Part shown: one piece after another, positions 45,319 through 53,431 of the stretch | Layout: every line of letters begins with the position of its first letter | Position numbering within the stretch: the stretch's first letter is position 1 | IMG/VR virus record: IMGVR_UViG_3300014152_000002 | Coordinates: 1-53,431 of that record | Origin: a virus | Lineage: Duplodnaviria; Caudoviricetes | Reading direction: 5' to 3' (one strand) | DNA length: 53,431 bases | Position numbers and translations under genes: made by a program | The notes under the pieces: model-generated | Database searches by the model: none | Seen by the model: the letters and a program-made list of their open reading frames with translations, nothing else | Told to the model about the DNA's origin: nothing

Positions 45319-47003
45319 TGCCGGGACCGTGGGAAAACTACACCCCTCAGCCTTCGGGCGCGCAGCCGGCGGAAGATGGACCATGGACCAAATATCAGCC
45401 AGCGGCGCATCAAGGCGGCGCACAGGCTCCAAGCATGTCGTGGGGAGAAGTAGGGTCACAAGCGCTCCATAACGCCCCGGAAAGCGCCGGACGATTTATC
45501 GAAGGCATTGCCCAGCCATTCATGCACCCCATCGATACCGCAACGGCGCTTTCTAATGTCGGAACTGGCGCGATTGCAATGGGGGGCTCGGCGCTCGCGG
45601 CGGCTGTTCCGAGCGAGGCCCTGCCCGAGAAAACCTTCGGCGAGCGCTATCAGCACGGGCTTAATGTCGTAAAGGAAAAATCCGGCGCGTCCGAGGCTTA
45701 TCCCGAGGCTGTGGGTAAATACTTCACTGATCGCTACGGAAGCATCGAGGGCTTCAAAAAGGCGGTCGCGACTGATCCAGTTGGCGTGATCGGTGATCTT
45801 AGCGCGGGGCTAACTGCCGGCGGCGCAGCGGTCGCCCGCGCTCCCGGCGTCATCGGTAAGGTTGGCGAGACGGCACGCGCGGCGGGGGATATTCTCAACC
45901 CCGCAATGAGACCGGCGAAGGCTGCTGGCGCGGCGGGAGAGGAAGCGGCGAGGCTCCGGCGCCCTATCGAGGCTCCAACGAGCGATGAGCTTTACGAGGC
46001 TGCGAGCGCCGCATACGAGCACCCGTCCATAAAAGAGATTGTCGTCAAGCCTAGCGCCTTCAAAACGTGGAAGGACGAGCTTCTCGCCACGAACGATATC
46101 GTGGATGAGGATTTGTCGCCAAAAACATTCAAGATACTAAATCGTCTTGATGAACCGCCAGAAGGATCATTCCTTGACGGGCGGAGCATCCAGTCTCTTC
46201 GGCGCAAGCTCGGGCAAGCGGCGGGTTCCGTCGATCCTACCGAAAGGAAGGCAGCGCGGGACGCCATCTCGTCCCTGGACGACTTTCTCGCGGACATTCC
46301 TAAAAAGGCGGTCTTGAAAGGCGACCCCAAGGCGGTTTCCGCCGCTCTTGAGGAGGCGAGAGGGAACTACGCGGCGGCAAAACGTAGCGACGTAATCGAG
46401 GGAAAACTTGAGGCGGCGGAACTTCAAGCTGGGAGCGCCAACAGTGGGATGAATCTCGATAACGCGACGCGCCAGCGCCTTAAAGACGTTCTCAAGAGCG
46501 ATAAGTTGCGCCGTGGATTTTCCCAAGAAGAACTTACGCAGATGCGGAAGATCGTCACGGGAACCCCCGTTGAAAACATCACGCGTCGCGTCGCGAATAT
46601 GCTTGGCGGCGGGGGAGGGATGGGTGCCACCGTCACCGGCGCTCTTGGCGGGGCCGCTGGCGCCGCCGTGGGGCATGTCCCCGGCGCGATGATCGGGGCG
46701 GCGATCCCCGCCGCCGCTGGGTATGCGCTCAAGAAACTGAGCGCGGCCATGTCGCAGGCAGATGTCCGTAGGTTGCAAGAGATGGTTCGGTCTAGATCCC
46801 CGCTTGGCCGTCAAATGCAGTCCTCCTTGGGTAAGTTCGGGAAGGCGAGCACAGCGGCCAAAGGGTCACCAACGTCCAAGAATATAGCCCGCTTCATGCT
46901 GGCGGCGAGAAATCTATCCACGAACCTTGCCGATGCCGGGATGAACGTCCCTCCCGAGGATATTGCCGGTGGCTTTGCGTCGGCGGACGGAAACGAGAAA
47001 TAG
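45318..47003 (+). CDS. DNA ejection protein
   Basis: N-terminal GPW..Y repeats, Ala/Gly-rich hydrophobic segments, third gene in the ejection cluster. Confidence 0.68.
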   Translation: MPGPWENYTPQPSGAQPAEDGPWTKYQPAAHQGGAQAPSMSWGEVGSQALHNAPESAGRFIEGIAQPFMHPIDTATALSNVGTGAIAMGGSALAAAVPSEALPEKTFGERYQHGLNVVKEKSGASEAYPEAVGKYFTDRYGSIEGFKKAVATDPVGVIGDLSAGLTAGGAAVARAPGVIGKVGETARAAGDILNPAMRPAKAAGAAGEEAARLRRPIEAPTSDELYEAASAAYEHPSIKEIVVKPSAFKTWKDELLATNDIVDEDLSPKTFKILNRLDEPPEGSFLDGRSIQSLRRKLGQAAGSVDPTERKAARDAISSLDDFLADIPKKAVLKGDPKAVSAALEEARGNYAAAKRSDVIEGKLEAAELQAGSANSGMNLDNATRQRLKDVLKSDKLRRGFSQEELTQMRKIVTGTPVENITRRVANMLGGGGGMGATVTGALGGAAGAAVGHVPGAMIGAAIPAAAGYALKKLSAAMSQADVRRLQEMVRSRSPLGRQMQSSLGKFGKASTAAKGSPTSKNIARFMLAARNLSTNLADAGMNVPPEDIAGGFASADGNEK

Positions 47004-47006
47004 CTC

Positions 47007-47960
47007 ATGGCTGGCACTCTGAATCTCGCGCTCGCGCAACAACTCAACATCAACGGCCAGCCGCTCGCCGGGGCCTTGCTGTATTTTTTCCAGGTCGGAA
47101 CCGTCGCGACGCTTCAAAACTCCTATCAGGATTTTGGTCTCACGATCCCGAACGCGAATCCTCTTGTGGCCGATCAATACGGCCGTATCCCGATGTTTTA
47201 TCTCGCGGACGGCCAGGTTCATGTGCGCCTGACCGATGCGAACGGAACGGTGATTTTCGATTATCCTTCGATGCAGGTCGTGGGGCCTTCTTTCGGCGGC
47301 GGTGGCGGCGGGGGGGCTGTCGATCCTTCGACGGTCGCGGCGACGGGCGACGTCAAATACAGGCTTACGACTGAAATCCTAACGGGGTGGGTGAAGCTCA
47401 ACGCCCAAACGATAGGGGCTCCGTCTTCCGGCGCCACGCAACGCGCGAACGCCGACACGCAAAACCTCTTCGTCTATCTGTGGAACAACTTCTCCAACGC
47501 GCACGCGCCGGTCTCTGGAGGGCGCGGGGCGTCCGCCCTAGCCGACTACAGCGCCAACAAGACAATCAGCCTCCCTGACCTCCGTGGGCGCGTTATGGCC
47601 GGCCTCGATGACATGGGCAGCACGGCTGCGGGGATCATCCTCCCGGCGAATGTGACCTCGGGCGGCGGCGACGGGCCGACGACGCCAGCGGCGCGCGGCG
47701 GCGAAGCAAACCACATCCTAACGCTTGCCGAGGCCCCGGCGGGACAATTCACGATCAACGATCCGAGCCATTCTCACAACACCGCATTTGGCGGCAATTC
47801 TGGCGGCGGGCCGTATCTCGGCGGAACCCTTGCAGGATCGAGCAACCCTGCCGCAACCCAAGCGGCATCGACCGGAATTACGCTGACGGATAATGCTGGC
47901 GGCGGAAGTCATAACAATATGATGCCGTTTGTTTTGGGCACTTGGCTGATGCATCTATAG
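47007..47960 (+). CDS. Tail fibre with N-terminal virion-binding domain and tail-collar domain
   Basis: NGQPLAGALLYFF..GT...NPL.AD..GR; TGDVK...GW..LN..TIG; LPDLRGR..AG.D.MG; GGE..H.LT..E; HNNM.P. Confidence 0.85.
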   Translation: MAGTLNLALAQQLNINGQPLAGALLYFFQVGTVATLQNSYQDFGLTIPNANPLVADQYGRIPMFYLADGQVHVRLTDANGTVIFDYPSMQVVGPSFGGGGGGGAVDPSTVAATGDVKYRLTTEILTGWVKLNAQTIGAPSSGATQRANADTQNLFVYLWNNFSNAHAPVSGGRGASALADYSANKTISLPDLRGRVMAGLDDMGSTAAGIILPANVTSGGGDGPTTPAARGGEANHILTLAEAPAGQFTINDPSHSHNTAFGGNSGGGPYLGGTLAGSSNPAATQAASTGITLTDNAGGGSHNNMMPFVLGTWLMHL

Positions 47961-47969
47961 GAGGCGGCC

Positions 47970-48479
47970 ATTTACGATTATCCAGTCCTGTTCCCGGCGA
48001 CGAGCAATCGCGCGAATTGGGCACAAATCATCCAGATCGCCGACGACGACACCGGTGATTTGGTTGCTTTGACGGACTCCAACGGCGTCCCTCTATGCCA
48101 GATATATCTTGAGATTTCGCCGCCTCGCCATCATGGAGGCGGCCACGGCTATGGGCCTTATTCTTCGCCTTACTATGGCAACGAAGGCGAACCTTTGATA
48201 TTCGGGTCTCTCGCGGATTATATTTCAATAATAGATGTCGGAACAATTCAAATAAATATACCTTATACGGTGATGCAGAAAATGCGCGGCAGCATGACTT
48301 ACGACGTTTATTTGCGGCTTGAATCACTGCAAAGCGGAATAGACGTAAACGGCGACTTTAGCAGCGATTTCAGCGGCGACTTCAACGTAGTCCAAAGCAG
48401 CGTCTCAAGCAACCAACCCGACGCGCGTCAGCTTCTAATCGGTAAACTTCCAATCGCCTTTGGAGGACGTGGCGTATGA
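47970..48479 (+). CDS. Fibre adaptor-like protein, probable ATT start
   Basis: AGGAGG RBS followed by an in-frame ATT at 47970, giving (M)YDYPVLFPATSNRANW... Confidence 0.65.
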   Translation: MYDYPVLFPATSNRANWAQIIQIADDDTGDLVALTDSNGVPLCQIYLEISPPRHHGGGHGYGPYSSPYYGNEGEPLIFGSLADYISIIDVGTIQINIPYTVMQKMRGSMTYDVYLRLESLQSGIDVNGDFSSDFSGDFNVVQSSVSSNQPDARQLLIGKLPIAFGGRGV

Positions 48480-48952
48480 ACCTGCGAGAGATTGTTAAAT
48501 ATGACCCAGAAACCGGCTGCTTCTCATGGCTGATCTCAGGGAAGGGAATCCGCCAAGGATACCCGTGCGGGGCCATCACTACTCAAGGTTATCATCGCAT
48601 CAAGATACAACAACGTGAATATCTAGCACACCGGTTGGCGTGGTTTTTTATGACAGGTTCATGGCCAGATGGAGAAATAGACCACATAAACATGGATAAA
48701 GCGGATAATAGATGGATAAATTTGAGAGATGCGACAACTAAGCAAAATCAATATAATAGGACTGCTCCATCAAATAATACATCTGGATTTAAGGGCGTCA
48801 CGTGGAATAAGAAATGCAAAAAATGGCAATCATCTATAGGTTATGAAGGAAGATATGTTTATCTAGGTCTGTTCGACTGCCCCGCAGCGGCCCATTTCGC
48901 TTATGTGATAGGCGCTGACAAACACCACGGAATGTTTGCGAGGTCGTCATGA
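48476..48952 (+). CDS. HNH-AP2 homing endonuclease
   Basis: YDPETG.F.W, YLAHRLAW...G.WP...IDHIN....DNR..NLR, NTSGFKGV.W and YLGLF. Confidence 0.92.
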   Translation: MNLREIVKYDPETGCFSWLISGKGIRQGYPCGAITTQGYHRIKIQQREYLAHRLAWFFMTGSWPDGEIDHINMDKADNRWINLRDATTKQNQYNRTAPSNNTSGFKGVTWNKKCKKWQSSIGYEGRYVYLGLFDCPAAAHFAYVIGADKHHGMFARSS

Positions 48953-49416
48953 GCCTTCCCGCAAATATCAGGATCAACGTCCGCGTTCCGTTCCCCACGT
49001 ATGTTCAAGGCGTCGCGTTCATTGGAGTGAACAAAGCCAACGGAATCTGGTCGATTGTCCCGGACTATCGCCGCCTCGCGCCGAGCATCGGAATCGCGCC
49101 GACGCAAATGGTGGCTCTGCAAGACTCGATAACCGGAGTTTGGTCATATATCCCCGCAAGCAGCCTTTCGTCTGGATCAGCCTCCGGGTCGGTAACGAAG
49201 CGGCAATGGTTCGAGGCGGTTGCATCGCTTTACAACATGAACACGCTACTATCCGCCGTCACCGCGAATGCAAACAACGCGGCTTGGATACAGTTCAACG
49301 CTGGCGCAATCGTTATTTCAGGCGACCCTCTCTCGACATTGACGCAATCCGTTTTTGCTTTGAGCGGCGCGCAATTGGCCGCGTTGTTCACGCTCGCCGC
49401 AACTCTCTCGCCATAA
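48949..49416 (+). CDS. Tail fibre-associated protein
   Basis: LPANIRINV..PFP..V.G; VTKRQ...LF..AATL C-terminal motif. Confidence 0.65.
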   Translation: MSLPANIRINVRVPFPTYVQGVAFIGVNKANGIWSIVPDYRRLAPSIGIAPTQMVALQDSITGVWSYIPASSLSSGSASGSVTKRQWFEAVASLYNMNTLLSAVTANANNAAWIQFNAGAIVISGDPLSTLTQSVFALSGAQLAALFTLAATLSP

Positions 49417-49435
49417 CCACAAGGCGACCAAAAAA

Positions 49436-51829
49436 ATGAAGAGACTTGTCCTAGCGCTGTCGCTGGCGCTCACTTTCGTGCGCCCGGCGCCCGCCGATAC
49501 GTTCACGCAATTGCTTCTCGGCGTCGATACCACGCCGACGCCTTCGCCGGTTTGCATCATGTCGCCAACGGGGATTTGCGCGGCGCAGTTGGGGACGTGG
49601 AACATCGGTACGAGCACATGGACGCCAGCGGGTGGGGGTGGCGGCGGTGCGATCTCTTTCCCGCAAACCGTCGCTGGCACGACGACGAGCGGCGGCGTCC
49701 CCTATTTTTCGTCCGCGACTCAGCTTTCTTCCAGTGGGTTGCTCGCCGCTAATGCTTTGATGGTCGGCGGCGGCGCTGGAGCTGCTCCGGCAACCGTCAC
49801 CACGGGGATGGGAGTTGTCACGGCGCTCGGTATCGCGGTCAATAATGCCAGCGGCTTCCCGCTTCTCAACGCGACGCTTCCCACGGTCGGACATTGCATC
49901 CAGTGGGGATCGTCTGGACTGACGGACGCGGGCGGGGCCTGCACCACGGGCGGAGGCGGCGGCACGGTATCATCCGGCAACGCGGGCCAGCTTACCTATT
50001 ACGCTTCGACGGGAACGGTCGTGTCCGGCGCGACCACGGGAACAGGCGTTCTCACGGCGCTAGGACTCGCTACCAACGCGCTCGGCGGGGTTCTGACGAC
50101 GCCGAGCGGGGCCTGCACGTCCGGGCAATTCTTGACGTTTCAGACAGCCGGCTCGGTCCCGACATGCGCGACACCAGCCGTTTCCGGGCTGACGGTTGGC
50201 TCCACGACCATCTCCGGCGGCACGAATGGATATGTGCAATACAACAACGGTGGCCTTCTTGGCGAGAAGGCCACCACGGGAACCGGCAATGTCGTCCTAA
50301 GCGCTTCGCCGACGTTTAGCGGCACGATTGGCGGAACTCAGGTTGTCCCATATTCGGCGCTCGTGAACATTGGCGCCAACACCGTTCTTGGACAAGTCCT
50401 AGCAGGAACTCCGACGCAGCTCTCTGTGCCATCATGTTCGGGAACCGGGCAAGCATTGAACTTTACGAGCGGCGGCGGCTTTGGATGCGCGACAACAAGT
50501 GCTGGTGGAACCAGCGCGCCGGCGGTCAATGCCGTGGCGACATGCGGCGTTTTGATCGGGGGGTCGGTCGACCAATCTACGAAGATCAACTCATGCCTCG
50601 CGACCTACAGCGCTGTGTCGTTCCCTTGCGGAACTTACTACACGACAAATTCGATAGTCGTCGCGTCTAGCCAGTCGATATTTGGAGGCGGGCCTTATTG
50701 CACCATCTTCAACATCAATTCGACGACCGCCCCTGCGATCCATGTGACGCCGACGCCGTTTAACGTGACGCTTCGAGATTTTGCGGTCCTTCGAACAGGG
50801 ACTCCAACATCGGGAGCCACGGGGATACTAATTGAAGACTGCAACGCTGATGTGCAGATAGATCATATTTGGATAACGGGGCAGTGGGATGGAATAAGTT
50901 TAGGGTCAACCGCAGGTGGAAATGCTCAATTCATCGTAGCTACTGAGAATTACGGCAACGGCTTTATTTTGACGACATCTGCTTCATGCGGCCAGCCGAT
51001 GCAGTGGAACCTATTGACTACGGCTTCGACGTATAACGATGGGTGGGGATATTACACAAACCCAGCTCTGACTGGTGGAGATGTCGCAATTCTCCTCCCT
51101 TGGCTTAATGCTAACTCGTTCGCCAACACAGCGGGAGGCTTCGGCTTCCTTGGCACGGCGGCGCATCCGATCCACGGCGTCTCGCTCTATAACTGCGTGT
51201 CGTCGACTGACGGCGGTGTGAACGGCGGCCAGATCGTCATTAACAGCGGCAGTGGACACACAATTAAGGGGTGCTATATCGAGCTTCCCGGAGCAGGGAC
51301 AACTGGTCACACGACGACGACCCCGGCGTCAAATTCAGGCTACGGCATATCGCTTGAAGGAAGCAACGGCATTGGGTGGATCTCCATTCAAAATAATAAC
51401 ATAGCAAATACGGCTTACAGTGGCATAAGCATCGCGGCAAACACCGTATATTCATTGAATGTGACGGGAAATATGATCCACGATCCAGGTTGGGCCGCGA
51501 ATAACACGTATGACGGCATAGTCACTACTAGCGCGATAACAAACGGCATCATATCGGGAAACACGGTTGACCACAATGCGTCGGGTGCGTCAAATGCAAA
51601 CCTGTTTAGAAACGGCATAAACATTTTCGGGACTCAGACGGCGCTCAGTATGGTTGGTAACGTCGTGCAGGAATCGGGTTCTTACGGACTGTTTTATAAT
51701 TCAGCGCCTAGCTCTTACGGAATGACAACAGGCAATATTTTCAGCGGCGCAGCAGGCGGCTGCACGGGGACCGGCTATGTGGCTGCTTCAAACTATCATG
51801 TCGGAAATGTCGGGGGCGCGGGATGCTAA
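49436..51829 (+). CDS. Signal-peptide-bearing tailspike with right-handed beta-helix (depolymerase-like), 797 aa
   Basis: MKRLVLALSLALTFVRPAPA|D; DQSTKINSCL.....FPCGTY; repeated GI.I/NN.I beta-helix rungs. Confidence 0.8.
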   Translation: MKRLVLALSLALTFVRPAPADTFTQLLLGVDTTPTPSPVCIMSPTGICAAQLGTWNIGTSTWTPAGGGGGGAISFPQTVAGTTTSGGVPYFSSATQLSSSGLLAANALMVGGGAGAAPATVTTGMGVVTALGIAVNNASGFPLLNATLPTVGHCIQWGSSGLTDAGGACTTGGGGGTVSSGNAGQLTYYASTGTVVSGATTGTGVLTALGLATNALGGVLTTPSGACTSGQFLTFQTAGSVPTCATPAVSGLTVGSTTISGGTNGYVQYNNGGLLGEKATTGTGNVVLSASPTFSGTIGGTQVVPYSALVNIGANTVLGQVLAGTPTQLSVPSCSGTGQALNFTSGGGFGCATTSAGGTSAPAVNAVATCGVLIGGSVDQSTKINSCLATYSAVSFPCGTYYTTNSIVVASSQSIFGGGPYCTIFNINSTTAPAIHVTPTPFNVTLRDFAVLRTGTPTSGATGILIEDCNADVQIDHIWITGQWDGISLGSTAGGNAQFIVATENYGNGFILTTSASCGQPMQWNLLTTASTYNDGWGYYTNPALTGGDVAILLPWLNANSFANTAGGFGFLGTAAHPIHGVSLYNCVSSTDGGVNGGQIVINSGSGHTIKGCYIELPGAGTTGHTTTTPASNSGYGISLEGSNGIGWISIQNNNIANTAYSGISIAANTVYSLNVTGNMIHDPGWAANNTYDGIVTTSAITNGIISGNTVDHNASGASNANLFRNGINIFGTQTALSMVGNVVQESGSYGLFYNSAPSSYGMTTGNIFSGAAGGCTGTGYVAASNYHVGNVGGAGC

Positions 51830-53431
51830 TGAAAATGAGAAACGCTCTCGCGGCGCTTTTCCTCGCGCTATCTCTGCTCATCGGTGTCGGCTCGGCGCGC
51901 GCGCAAACTCCGACGTGCTCGGATAACTTCCTCGCGATTCAAAATCTCATCAACCAAGACATCATTTCTGGCGTCGGGGGCGGGATCAAAGCTACGACCG
52001 TCAATTCGCTGATGACGATCCAAAATAATTGCTACCTTAATGTCGAAAACTATAATTCGTCGGCGTTGGCGGGGCTCGCTATCGCGCCAAATACGTCAGG
52101 CGGATTCGCGACGTGGCCGGTTGCCGGTGGCGGCGCTCCGGGCGGCGGAAGTGGTCAACTGCAATACAACAACGCCGGGGTGTTTGGAGGATTCACGCCG
52201 ACCGGCGATTTGACGTTTTCGGTTCCGAATTTCACACTCAACACCGTCAACTCAAGTCCAGGGTCTTTCGGATCGTCAACCCAATGCCCGACGATCACGG
52301 TTAACGGGAAGGGGCTCGTAACGGCGGCTTCGCAAACCGCGTGCGCCGGCGGCGGAACATTGTTTTTCCCTCTCACGGTCTCCGGCACGACGACCAGCGG
52401 CGGCATTCCATATTTCGCGAGCACAACCTCTCTAGCGTCAAGCGGACTATTGACGGCGAACGCTCTCATGATTGGCGGCGGTGCTGGTGCGGCGCCGTCC
52501 ACAACAACGACAGGCGCTGGGGTGCTGACCGCGCTAGGGGTCGCGGTAAACGCAGCGACTGGCCTCCCGCTGATCAACGCGACGCTCCCCACGGTCGGCC
52601 ACTGCCTGCAATGGGGCTCGTCCGGCATCACCGACGCGGGCGGGTCTTGCACCACGGGAGGCGGCGGTGGAACCGTGTCAAGCGGCAACTCTGGGGCTCT
52701 CACCTATTACGCATCCACGGGCACGACTGTTTCGGGCACGGCCACCACAAACGCGAGCATATCTGGCGCTGCCCTGTCTCTCGGTTCGTCCGGCGTAAAC
52801 GGATCAATCATATTCGGCGGATATACGTCGGGGACCGTCACATTAGAGCCCGTGACCGCCGCGCTTGGCTCCGCTATAGCATTTTTGCCCGCGAATACAG
52901 GCGAGATCGCCGAGCTTAACTTTGCTCAGACGTGGAGTGCCGCGCAGACGTTTGGCGCCAGCGACATCGTGCTCACCGGAGCTTCTGGTTGCGCGACATT
53001 TTCCGCCGGGGTTTTGTCAGGCACTGGTTTGGCGTGTAGTGGTGGCGGCGCGGTTTCCTCGGTCGCAAACAGCGACGGCACATTGACGATTAGCCCGACC
53101 ACTGGCGCCGTTGTGGCGTCCTTGGCGCTCGGCCATGCGAATACATGGACCGGAAATCAAACATTCCCTTCTTCGTCAATTGCGACGACGACGCTCACGG
53201 GGGCGCTACAAGCTGGCCAATTCCCCGCCATGACCGGAGATGTGACGAATACCGCCGGGTCGCTGTCGACGACCGTGGGGAAGATCGGTGGCCAATCGGT
53301 CTCGCTTGCCGGCGGCTTCTCGACTGTCGGCGCATACACGATCACGCTCACGGCGACGGGGGCCACGACGCTCACGCTGCCCAACAGCGGCACGCTGGTT
53401 ACGACGGGGGTGACGTCGCTTAGCAGCCTAG
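51829..53431 (+). CDS. 5' part of a signal-peptide-bearing tail fibre-like protein (continues at 1-932)
   Basis: TAATG overlap; MKMRNALAALFLALSLLIGVGSARA|Q; open to the window end; GQLQYNNAG.FGG and ITVNGKGLVTAAS fibre motifs. Confidence 0.85.
   Translation, partial: MKMRNALAALFLALSLLIGVGSARAQTPTCSDNFLAIQNLINQDIISGVGGGIKATTVNSLMTIQNNCYLNVENYNSSALAGLAIAPNTSGGFATWPVAGGGAPGGGSGQLQYNNAGVFGGFTPTGDLTFSVPNFTLNTVNSSPGSFGSSTQCPTITVNGKGLVTAASQTACAGGGTLFFPLTVSGTTTSGGIPYFASTTSLASSGLLTANALMIGGGAGAAPSTTTTGAGVLTALGVAVNAATGLPLINATLPTVGHCLQWGSSGITDAGGSCTTGGGGGTVSSGNSGALTYYASTGTTVSGTATTNASISGAALSLGSSGVNGSIIFGGYTSGTVTLEPVTAALGSAIAFLPANTGEIAELNFAQTWSAAQTFGASDIVLTGASGCATFSAGVLSGTGLACSGGGAVSSVANSDGTLTISPTTGAVVASLALGHANTWTGNQTFPSSSIATTTLTGALQAGQFPAMTGDVTNTAGSLSTTVGKIGGQSVSLAGGFSTVGAYTITLTATGATTLTLPNSGTLVTTGVTSLSSL
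53309..53431. repeat. Terminal overlap, copy 2 (identical to 1-123)
   Basis: Direct sequence identity. Confidence 0.97.

Noticed and set aside
49650-53165. Diversity-generating retroelement template/variable repeat pair
   Set aside because: The repeats differ at synonymous positions of all bases rather than adenines only, both copies are coding, and there is no reverse transcriptase gene.

Overview
This window looks like a complete ~53.3 kb tailed dsDNA phage genome. Bases 1-123 are identical to 53309-53431, so it is a circular assembly opened inside a tail-fibre gene. The virion module is podovirus-like and P22-like in organisation: TerS, TerL, portal, scaffold, major capsid protein, decoration protein, gp4-like and gp10-like tail proteins, three ejection proteins and a long fibre/spike array. 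The host is probably an alphaproteobacterium, inferred from GapR-like and Cro-like genes and the high GC content. Early functions include an ERF/YqaJ/NinB/RNase H recombination operon, an N6-adenine methyltransferase, a RuvC-like resolvase and a DnaB-N/AAA helicase. I found no integrase, CI-type repressor, tRNA or CRISPR array. The main oddities are these. (1) Most outer virion proteins (fibres/spikes and the capsid decoration protein) carry classical Sec signal peptides and paired cysteines, suggesting periplasmic maturation of virion parts. (2) A GH19 endolysin gene has been cut at its catalytic Glu and its core replaced by a homing-endonuclease-like gene plus an unrelated lysozyme. (3) Two orphan IS200/IS605 right ends remain, carrying only the TnpB tail and omega-RNA region. 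(4) A GNAT / AdoMetDC-like / ATP-grasp cluster lies between TerL and portal, and three of its proteins share a C-terminal motif. (5) There are several pseudoknot-rich noncoding elements, including a ~400-nt candidate ncRNA upstream of terS. All family calls come from motif recognition by eye, not from database searches.
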